DNA from: an uncultured Alphaproteobacteria bacterium
GTDB taxonomy: Bacteria; Pseudomonadota; Alphaproteobacteria; ATCC43930; CGMCC-115725
Length of the DNA: 64,000 bases
Direction: 5' to 3'
NCBI GenBank assembly: GCA_963729935.1
Contig: CAVSPW010000008.1
Location: forward strand, 654 to 64,653
Numbering within the stretch: position 1 is the stretch's first letter; every line of letters begins with the position of its first letter. Made by a program: the position numbers and the translations under genes. The notes under the pieces are model-generated. The model was not told the DNA's origin. It saw nothing but the letters and a program-made list of their open reading frames with translations, and did not search any database. Positions 26,436 to 33,940 of this stretch are shown here, in pieces.

Positions 26436-27542
26436 GTGCTGTTTCCTTGGGAGATCGCGCTGTCCAGCGGAACGCGGAGGCCGCTTCCATACGCGCCGGA
26501 AACCGAATCAGGCTTCGATTTTTCCGCGGTCGAGATCGATGGACGCGCGGTCCCGGTGCAAGAGCAAGTCGTCGCTCGCCAGCCCTTCTATCGCCTCATT
26601 CACTTCGAGCGCGAGATCGACCGGACGGATCCTCGTCTCGTGGCGGTTGCACCCCTGTCGGGCCATCATGCCGCTCTGATGCGCGATCTGCTCGCCGCGT
26701 TATTGCCCGACCATGATCTTTTTCTCATGGACTGGGCGAATGCGCGAGACGTGCCGGTATCGGCCGGCCGATTTGCGCTCGAAGACAACATCTCCTCTGT
26801 CATCGACGTCTTGCGATCCTTCGGCGGCGATGTTCATCTTCTCGGCCTATGCCAATCGGCGATCCCGGTTCTCGCGGCCGCCGGCGTGCTGGCGAGCAGA
26901 GACGAGCCGGCGCAGCCGCGCAGCTTGGTCCTGATCAGCGGAGCAATCGATCCGCGCATCAATCCCACCCGGGTTGGACAGCTTGCCGCTCAACGCTCGC
27001 TCGATTGGTTCGAGCGCCATATCATTCTTACCGTGCCGGATCCCTATCCTGGAAAAGGACGTCGTGTTTACCCGGCCTCGGCCCAACGGGAGGCGCTTTT
27101 CGCTTACTTTCTGCGCCACATGGCGATGGGAGGCGAGCTGTCGGCCAAAGTGCTTCTCGATGACGGCCTTAACGCCCAGCGGTTTCCCTTCATCGACTTG
27201 TTTTTCTCGGTCATGGACCTGACCGCCGAGTTCTTTCTCGACACGGTCCGGTTCGTCTTCCAAGAATTTGCACTGCCGAGGGGACGCCTGACCTGGCGCG
27301 GTTCGCGCGTCGACCTCGGGGCGATTTCGCGATCCGCCCTGATGACCGTCGAAGGAGAGTTCGACGACGTCTCCGGCCGAGGGCAGACGCACGTCGCCCA
27401 CGATCTATGCCCCAATATTCCCCGGCACAAACGGGAACGGTACTTGCAACGTGCCGTCGGGCATTTCGGAACTTTCTACGGTCGGCCTTGGCGCAACGAG
27501 ATCATGCCGAGGATCAGGCAGTTTGTTCGCGATGCCGGATGA
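26436..27542 (+). CDS. phaZ: intracellular polyhydroxyalkanoate depolymerase family esterase (PhaZ-type)
   Basis: VAPLSGHHAALMRDL, LLGLCQSAIPVLAA, RRVYPAS.Q, DLTAEFFLDTVRFVFQEF and LMTVEGEFDDVSG are collinear with PHB depolymerase (TIGR01849-type). The GTG start lies 14 nt after the rtcA stop. Confidence 0.8.
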   Translation: MLFPWEIALSSGTRRPLPYAPETESGFDFSAVEIDGRAVPVQEQVVARQPFYRLIHFEREIDRTDPRLVAVAPLSGHHAALMRDLLAALLPDHDLFLMDWANARDVPVSAGRFALEDNISSVIDVLRSFGGDVHLLGLCQSAIPVLAAAGVLASRDEPAQPRSLVLISGAIDPRINPTRVGQLAAQRSLDWFERHIILTVPDPYPGKGRRVYPASAQREALFAYFLRHMAMGGELSAKVLLDDGLNAQRFPFIDLFFSVMDLTAEFFLDTVRFVFQEFALPRGRLTWRGSRVDLGAISRSALMTVEGEFDDVSGRGQTHVAHDLCPNIPRHKRERYLQRAVGHFGTFYGRPWRNEIMPRIRQFVRDAG

Positions 27543-27706
27543 GCGAGCTTCTGGGGGTGACCCGTTCGGCTATCCGCATGAGCGGATTTGGCGCGAGCAG
27601 CTACAATTTGCCTCAAAATTTAGCTTCTTTGCGCGGAAGCTTAAGCCGTCCTTAGGCGCCGCCGGCTTAGAAAACGGCATACGCAGCCGAACGCCGGAGC
27701 ATCAAG

Positions 27707-28093
27707 ATGACGACCGAGCTTCAAAAAGCGCGCCTCAAATTCCGCTTCCCGCCGGGCAACGAGGGAAAGCCGATGCGCGATGCCGTGACCGCGGCGTTCT
27801 ACTCGCTGCGCGCCACGATCGGAACGGCCGAGCATCCCGAAGTGCTGGGCTCGCCTTGGGATTGGCGGCTCACCTCGAGCGCGGCGCTCCGGCTGGAGAC
27901 CGATAAATTGCGCGAGCATCTGCGTCTCAACCTCGTCGCCGGCGCCGCGGGCAATGGCGCCAGGGAACAGCTTCAACGGCTGAGAGATTCGCTCGCGAGC
28001 TTGCAGATCCTGCAAGAACCCCAGAGCGGCACATCCAGCGAGCCCTCGATCAGCCTCAAGAAGAACGGACCGCTGGTCGAGATCGCGGCGTGA
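27707..28093 (+). CDS. hypothetical protein (128 aa)
   Basis: An ORF with reasonable composition but no recognisable domain. Confidence 0.4.
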   Translation: MTTELQKARLKFRFPPGNEGKPMRDAVTAAFYSLRATIGTAEHPEVLGSPWDWRLTSSAALRLETDKLREHLRLNLVAGAAGNGAREQLQRLRDSLASLQILQEPQSGTSSEPSISLKKNGPLVEIAA

Positions 28094-28233
28094 TCGCGGC
28101 CTAACTCTCTCCCGCTCCTGATCCGCCGGCGCGCACGCGCCGGATTCGAGACCCCCCGGCACCGCGATCGGCACCGGCGGCGCAATTGCGCCCGCCGGGC
28201 CAATAAGCCCTGCCCTCCGGATCGCGAGATCGC

Positions 28234-28340
28234 CTAGAGCCTTTCCGGCTTTGATGAAATCAAAGCCGGGGCTCTCGCTTTTTGTTTTGTCGCGTTTCCT
28301 TCACGCGAACCGGTATCCACTTCGCTCGAAAACGCTCTAG
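28234..28340. repeat. MITE-like ~107-bp element with imperfect terminal inverted repeats and an internal 11-bp hairpin
   Basis: CTAGAGCCTTTCCGG (28234-) faces the reverse complement of CGAAAACGCTCTAG (-28340). A perfect hairpin CCGGCTTTGAT-GAA-ATCAAAGCCGG lies at 28245-28269, followed by a T-rich tract. Confidence 0.4.
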
Positions 28341-28400
28341 AATGGCGAAGCCGCCGGTCCGGACCAACGAGACGGGCGCCAAGGAAAGAGGGGAAGCGGA

Positions 28401-29402
28401 ATGAAGGCCTGTCTGATCGCCGCCTGCGTCATGGCGGCGCTGGCGCAAAGCGCCCGCGCGGAGGAAACCGTTCTGCGCTTCACGCCGCTCGCCCAGCCCG
28501 GGACCGCGGCGCTCACCGAATTCTACCAGCCCTGGGCCGAGAAGGTCGACGCCGCGGCGCCGGGCGCGATCAAGATCGATCTGCGCCCCGGCACGAGCAT
28601 CGCCAACATCGCCAATGTCTATGAGCGGGTGACGAGCGAGGTCACGCATATCGGCTTCACGCTCTTCAACTACGTCGCGGGCAAGTTCCCGCTCGCGGAG
28701 GTGGGCGGGCTCCCCTTCATCGCCGAGAATTCGGAGCAGGGATCGATCGCGCTGTGGCGCCTCTACAAGACCCACATGCTCGACGCTGAATTCAATGAGG
28801 TGAAGCCCTTGATGCTGATCGCGCTGCCGCAATCGCTCTTGCATCTCTCGAAGCCGCCCAAGACGCTTCAGGATCTGACCGGGCTCAAGATTGTCGCGCC
28901 GACGCAGCTCACGGCGCTGACGGTTCAGCATCTGGGCGCGACGCCCATCACCCTCTCCTCGCCGGAGGCCTATCTCGCGATCCAGCGCGGCACCGCCGAC
29001 GGCACGGTGCTGTCGTGGAACACCTATGTCTCGTTCAAGATCGGCGAGGTCGCGACCTATCACATCGCCGCGCCGCTCGGCACCGCGGCGGGGATGCTGT
29101 TCATGTCGCGCAAGGTCTATGACCGGCTGCCGGAAGCGGCCAAGCACGCGCTCGACGTCAATTCGGGCGAGGAAGCGAGCGGCGCCTGGGGCAAATGGTG
29201 GGACGGCGACAACGCCAATGGCCGGCGCCTCGCCGCGAACGACCCCAAGCAAAAGATCGTGACGCTCGATCCGGCGACGCGCGCGGCATGGGAGCGGAAG
29301 ATCGACGGCGCGGTCGCGGAATGGGGCAAGACGCGGCCGGGCATCGACAAGGCGATCGCCGAATATCGGCGCCTCGTCGCCGCGGTCAAGGCAGGGCACT
29401 GA
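28401..29402 (+). CDS. TRAP transporter substrate-binding protein (DctP family), orphan
   Basis: Signal peptide and a DctP-like pattern (LKIVAPTQLTALTVQHLGATPITLSSPEAYLAIQRGTADG). No DctQ or DctM is nearby. Confidence 0.8.
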   Translation: MKACLIAACVMAALAQSARAEETVLRFTPLAQPGTAALTEFYQPWAEKVDAAAPGAIKIDLRPGTSIANIANVYERVTSEVTHIGFTLFNYVAGKFPLAEVGGLPFIAENSEQGSIALWRLYKTHMLDAEFNEVKPLMLIALPQSLLHLSKPPKTLQDLTGLKIVAPTQLTALTVQHLGATPITLSSPEAYLAIQRGTADGTVLSWNTYVSFKIGEVATYHIAAPLGTAAGMLFMSRKVYDRLPEAAKHALDVNSGEEASGAWGKWWDGDNANGRRLAANDPKQKIVTLDPATRAAWERKIDGAVAEWGKTRPGIDKAIAEYRRLVAAVKAGH

Positions 29403-29412
29403 GCGGCAGGCG

Positions 29413-30384
29413 CTATTTCGGCAGATAGGCCTCGGTATAGAGCGACTTCATATCGGGCAGCTTGTCGAGAAAGCCCAGATCCATGAAGGCGCGCTCCACC
29501 ACCGCGAGCGGCTTTTCATGGAAGCGCCCGTCGGTCGAGAAATACGCCATCTGCTCGTCATAAGCCGCGGCCGCGATCGCGGGCGCGATCTGCACCACCT
29601 TGCTGGTGATGCGTACGGTCTCGTCCTTGTGAGCGCGCATGAAGGCGATGGTCTCGAACCAGCCCTTCAGGAACCGCTTCAGCGCGTCGGGGTTGGAGGC
29701 GACGAGATCGTTCGAGGCGAAAATCACATGCGCCAGGAAATCGGGAATGATGTCGCCGAAAGTGTCGAGCATGCGCACGCGGCCCGCCTTCTCGAGCGTA
29801 TGCGCGTATTCGGTCGCGGTCACCGCGCTGTCGACATTGCCCGCGAGCACGCCGCCGACGATGCCGTCCTGCGAGCCGAGGCTCACCGGCTTGATGCCCT
29901 CGGGGCCCCAGCCTTCGTGGCGCGCCAATTCCTTGGCGGCCCAGGCGGTGAGCCCCGATGGCGAGGAAATGCCGATGGTCTTGCCCTTCAGATCCTTCAC
30001 GGTCTTCACCGGCGAATTGGGCAGCACGATGATGCACAGCCCGTTGGGCGGGCCGTACATCGCGGCCACGGCGATCTCGGGCGAGCCCTTGGCGGTCAGC
30101 GCCATCTCCGGGCCGGAGCCCAGCGCGATGTCGAGACTCTTGGCCGCCATCGCCTGATGCATGCGCGAGGCGCCGCCGAAGGCGATGCTCTCGGCCTCGA
30201 TGCCGTTCTTGGCGAAGATCCCGGTCTCGATCCCGACCTCGACCGGCGTGAATTCGAAAGGCTTGGCCTGGGGCTTGCCGATGCGCAGCTTGTCGGCGGC
30301 GAAGGCGGACCCGGCGGCCGCGAGCGCGATCGACGCACCCAAAAGGAGAGCGGCGAGACTGGAACTCACCCGGACGAAGCGCAT
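29413..30384 (-). CDS. ABC-type substrate-binding protein, NMT1/THI5-like (nitrate/sulfonate/bicarbonate family), orphan
   Basis: Signal peptide, LRIGKPQAK and GKTIGISSPSGLTAWAAKELARHEGWGPEG. It is a paralogue of 32732-33706; both end in YTEAYLPK. Confidence 0.75.
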   Translation of the reverse strand: MRFVRVSSSLAALLLGASIALAAAGSAFAADKLRIGKPQAKPFEFTPVEVGIETGIFAKNGIEAESIAFGGASRMHQAMAAKSLDIALGSGPEMALTAKGSPEIAVAAMYGPPNGLCIIVLPNSPVKTVKDLKGKTIGISSPSGLTAWAAKELARHEGWGPEGIKPVSLGSQDGIVGGVLAGNVDSAVTATEYAHTLEKAGRVRMLDTFGDIIPDFLAHVIFASNDLVASNPDALKRFLKGWFETIAFMRAHKDETVRITSKVVQIAPAIAAAAYDEQMAYFSTDGRFHEKPLAVVERAFMDLGFLDKLPDMKSLYTEAYLPK

Positions 30385-30503
30385 GAAAGACCTCCTTCGG
30401 CTGGAGAGGGCTCGGTTCGGCCGCCGCTTTCCTCTCGCGCGCTTTGGTTTATCATGGGCGCCAAGAAACCTCATCGGTAAAACTTAAGGGGAGAAGGCGC
30501 GTC

Positions 30504-31730
30504 ATGGACACGATCAGCATCCGCGATCTCTCGGTCGAGGAATTCGACACACGGACCTTGCTCCAGCATGCGAGCGCGCAGGCCGCGCAGCGGCGCTACG
30601 AGGATTTCTTCATCGTCGATATCGACGGGCATCATTTCGAGACCCTGTCCTTCGCCGAGATCGTCGAGTTCATCGAAGACCCGGTGATGCGCGATCAGGC
30701 GAAGTATCAGGGCTTCGGCGGCGGCGGCATCGCCTCGCCCTCGGGCTCCTATCAGGAACTGGTCGGCCGCATCACGCGGCGCGACGGCCGGCGGCCGGAG
30801 AAGATTGGCGCCGGCCAGCAGCGCGACCTCACCTTGACCAAGCGCTGGATGGACGCGATCGGCATCGATCAGCTCTGCCTCTTCCCGACTCCGATGCTGG
30901 GGCTGGGGCTGACGCCCCGGCCCGAGGTCGAGGTGGCGATGGCGCGGGCCTATAATCGCTGGCTCGTCGAGGTCGTGCTGGCGCGGGAGCCGCGCATCAA
31001 ATCATCGCTCTATCTGCCGATCAACGATCCCGAGGCGACCTATCGGATGGTGAAGGATTTCGCCGGCAAGAAGGGCGTCATCGGCTTCACCATCTGCTCG
31101 CCGCATTACAAGGCGGTCTACGACAATGCCTATGTGAAGACCTATGCGCTCCTCGAGGAGATGGGGCTTCCCCTGGTGTTCCACGGCGCCTTCGCCTGGG
31201 GCCAGGACAAGAGCATCTCGCTGTGCAACCGCTTCATCGCCGTGCATGCGCTCGGTTTCAGCTGGTTCAACATCCTCCATTGCACCAATTGGCTGGTGAA
31301 CGGAATGCCCGAGCGCTTCCCCAAGCTCAAGGTGATCTGGGTCGAAAGCGGGCTCGCCTGGATCCCGTTCCTGATGCAGCGTCTCGACAATGAATGGATG
31401 ATGCGCTCCTCCGAGGTGCCGCTCTTGAAGAAGCGCCCGAGCGATTATATGCGCGAGATGTACTATTCGACCCAGCCGATGGAGATGGTGAACAACAAGG
31501 AGGCGCTGGAATTGACATTCAAGATGATGAATGCCGAGACCCAGCTCCTCTATGCCTCCGACTATCCGCATTGGGACATGGATCTGCCCTCGACGATCTA
31601 CGATCTGCCCTTCCTGAGCGAGCACGCCAAGCGCAACATTTTGGGCGGCAACGCCAAGCGCGTGTTCAATCTGGAGCCGGCCGTTTCCGAGGTGAAGGCC
31701 AAGCGGCTCGCCGAGCGCGCGGGAGCTTGA
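30504..31730 (+). CDS. amidohydrolase-2 family metal-dependent hydrolase/decarboxylase-like protein
   Basis: It has DIDGHH at the N-terminal metal site, LVFHG, and ASDYPHWD at the C-terminus. A strong SD GGGGAGAAGG is present. Confidence 0.8.
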   Translation: MDTISIRDLSVEEFDTRTLLQHASAQAAQRRYEDFFIVDIDGHHFETLSFAEIVEFIEDPVMRDQAKYQGFGGGGIASPSGSYQELVGRITRRDGRRPEKIGAGQQRDLTLTKRWMDAIGIDQLCLFPTPMLGLGLTPRPEVEVAMARAYNRWLVEVVLAREPRIKSSLYLPINDPEATYRMVKDFAGKKGVIGFTICSPHYKAVYDNAYVKTYALLEEMGLPLVFHGAFAWGQDKSISLCNRFIAVHALGFSWFNILHCTNWLVNGMPERFPKLKVIWVESGLAWIPFLMQRLDNEWMMRSSEVPLLKKRPSDYMREMYYSTQPMEMVNNKEALELTFKMMNAETQLLYASDYPHWDMDLPSTIYDLPFLSEHAKRNILGGNAKRVFNLEPAVSEVKAKRLAERAGA

Positions 31731-31770
31731 GGAAGCCCGCGCGCCGCCCCGCGCTACTTGCCGGTATCGT

Positions 31771-32541
31771 TCACGAGCGTGCGACGGATTTCGCGGGATG
31801 GACGCCCGGCCGCTGCGGGATCAAGAGAATGCACGCGACGATGAAGACGGCGATGACCCACGAAGCGATCGGACGGCTGAGCGCCAGCCCGCCATCGGCG
31901 AACGGCTTGTCGAGGTAGTCGCCGACCGTGGCGCCGAGCGGCCGCGTCAGAATGAAGGCGAGCCAAAACACAAGGACGCGCGACACCTTCGTCCAACGAT
32001 AGGCGGCCGCGACGATCGCGAGCGCCGCCCCGAAGACGAGCGCGCCGCCCTCGTAGCCGAGGCCCGATGAGTCCGCGATCCAGTCACCGAGCGCGGTTCC
32101 CAAGGTCTGGGAAAACGTGATCGTCGCCCAGTAAAAGGTCTCTACCCTCGGCGTGCAGACCGTCGCCACCGATACCGTCCCTTCCGACAGGTACCACAAG
32201 CCGAGACAGGCCATCAGGCAAAACAACAAGGCCAGCGAACCTCCGGCATAGCCGATCCCGAGCGAGCGGTCCGCGAAATCGGCCATGGTCGTGCCGGCCG
32301 TGGTGGAGGCCGCGATGCTCGCCCAGTAGAGAAACGGCCGAAATTTCGTGGCCGCGATCTGAAGGACGACGAGCAGCACGAGCGCCGTAAGAAATATCGC
32401 CGTCCCGGTCAGATAGCCCAGATTCATCGTCATGGTCACGGTGTCGCCGCCGGTTTCGCCGAGCGTCGTCGCCGCAATCTTGATGACCCAGAACCCCAGC
32501 GTGACCGCCGGCACCTTGCTCACCATCGAATCATTGTCCAT
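31771..32541 (-). CDS. polytopic membrane protein (COG4705-like, uncharacterized)
   Basis: The repeated pattern TTLGETGGD / TLGTALGDW / PLGATVGDY lies in successive TM hairpins. Confidence 0.6.
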   Translation of the reverse strand: MDNDSMVSKVPAVTLGFWVIKIAATTLGETGGDTVTMTMNLGYLTGTAIFLTALVLLVVLQIAATKFRPFLYWASIAASTTAGTTMADFADRSLGIGYAGGSLALLFCLMACLGLWYLSEGTVSVATVCTPRVETFYWATITFSQTLGTALGDWIADSSGLGYEGGALVFGAALAIVAAAYRWTKVSRVLVFWLAFILTRPLGATVGDYLDKPFADGGLALSRPIASWVIAVFIVACILLIPQRPGVHPAKSVARS

Positions 32542-32546
32542 CTCTC

Positions 32547-32730
32547 GGCCTCGCACGGCGCTCGCCGCGCGCTCCTGTCCTCTTGGCTTCGCATGGCGCT
32601 GGCCGCGCTACGTTGTTTTCTAGGCTTCGCACGGCGCTGGCCGTGCTACGCCGTTTTCTAGGCTTCGTACGGCGCTGGCCGTGCTACGCCTTTTCTAGGC
32701 TTCGTACGGCGCTGGCCGTGCTACGCGCGC
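32547..32730. repeat. tandem array, 5 units of 37-38 nt (GGCTTCGCACGGCGCTGGCCGTGCTACGCCGTTTTCTA)
   Basis: Unit starts at 32547 (degenerate), 32585, 32623, 32661 and 32698. The array fills the whole intergenic space. On the minus strand each unit folds as GCACGGC-CAGC-GCCGTGC. Confidence 0.9.
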
Positions 32731-32731
32731 C

Positions 32732-33706
32732 TCACTTCGGCAGATAGGCCTCGGTATAAAGCTTCGACATGTCGGGCGGGGTCGCGACCAGCTTCAGATC
32801 GACGAAGGAGCGCTCGAGATTGGCAAGCGACTGCGCGTCGAATTTGCAATCCTTGCTGAACATGCCGATCGTCAGATCGTATTCCTTCGCCATCACGTTC
32901 GGCGAGTAGCCGGTCACGGCGCTCTCGATCTTGACCGTCTCGGCCTTATGCTTGCGCATGTAATCGATCGTCTCCAGCCAGCCGGCGAGAAATTTCCGGA
33001 GCGAATTGGGGTCCCTCGCCATCAGCGCCTTGGTGGCGAAGATCGTGCCCGCGCCGATATTGCCGACATAGTTCGAGACGGGAATGAGGAGCCGCGCCTC
33101 TTTCCTTTCTTCCCAGGAGAAGATGTTCGAGGTCACGCTGATATCGGCGTCGAGCTCATGGGTGCGGAAGGCCGCAATCACGCCGGCGGCGGCATTGCCG
33201 ATCGTGACCGGCGTGTAGCCTTGGGGACCCCAGCCGCGCGTGCGCGCGAGCTCGCGCGCCAGCCAATCGGTGAGCGAGCCGGTGCTGGAAAAGCCGATCC
33301 TCTTGCCCTTGAGCTGTTCGACATCGTGGACCGGCGAATCCCACGGCACGGCGATGCCGATGAAGGGGATCGGCGGCGCGTTCTCGCACACGGCGAGCAT
33401 GGGCGCGCCCTTCATCTCGAGCGCCATGAGCGGCCCGGCGGCGACGCCGATATCGATGCTGCCCGCGGTCATCGCCTGAACCAGCTTGCTGCCGCCGGTG
33501 AAGTCCGAGATCTTCACGTCGAGACCGTGCTTCTTGAAGATGCCGAGCCGGTCGCCGACATTGACCGGCAGGATCGGCGACGCGTTCGAATCGGCCTTGC
33601 CGATGTTCAAGGACGCATCCGCCAAGGCGCGCGACGGGACGACACAGGATCCCAAACCGGCGATCGCCGCCGCGAAGACCAGACCGCGAAAATGGATTTT
33701 GCGCAT
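32732..33706 (-). CDS. ABC-type substrate-binding protein, NMT1/THI5-like, orphan (paralogue of 29413-30384)
   Basis: Signal peptide, LNIGKADSN and GKRIGFSSTGSLTDWLARELARTRGWGPQG, ending in YTEAYLPK. Confidence 0.75.
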   Translation of the reverse strand: MRKIHFRGLVFAAAIAGLGSCVVPSRALADASLNIGKADSNASPILPVNVGDRLGIFKKHGLDVKISDFTGGSKLVQAMTAGSIDIGVAAGPLMALEMKGAPMLAVCENAPPIPFIGIAVPWDSPVHDVEQLKGKRIGFSSTGSLTDWLARELARTRGWGPQGYTPVTIGNAAAGVIAAFRTHELDADISVTSNIFSWEERKEARLLIPVSNYVGNIGAGTIFATKALMARDPNSLRKFLAGWLETIDYMRKHKAETVKIESAVTGYSPNVMAKEYDLTIGMFSKDCKFDAQSLANLERSFVDLKLVATPPDMSKLYTEAYLPK

Positions 33707-33806
33707 GGCTGCTCCCTTCCATCGGCCGCGCTCGCCAAGATCGGCGGCCGGCATTCTCCGCGGCGGACTTACCGAGAGGCCGCGGTCTTGTCAAACATGC
33801 ACGGGG

Positions 33807-33940
33807 GCTCTCTTTCCTTCGCACGACGGCGCTGCGCGCCTGTGCTGCGGGTTCTCTTTCCTTCGCACGACGGCGCTGCGCGCCTGTGCTGCGGGTTCTC
33901 TTTCCTTCGCACGACGGCGCTGCGCGCCTGTGCTGCGGGG
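33807..33940. repeat. tandem array, 3 units of 44 nt (TTCTCTTTCCTTCGCACGACGGCGCTGCGCGCCTGTGCTGCGGG)
   Basis: CCTTCGCACG recurs at 33816, 33860 and 33904, an exact 44-nt period. Units 2 and 3 are identical. The array abuts the stop codon of the upstream gene, and its core is related to the 38-nt array. Confidence 0.9.

Noticed and set aside
32547-33940. Could the two tandem repeat arrays be CRISPR arrays?
   Set aside because: The units are directly adjacent with no unique spacers. Their periods (37-38 and 44 nt) equal the repeat lengths. No cas genes are in the window.
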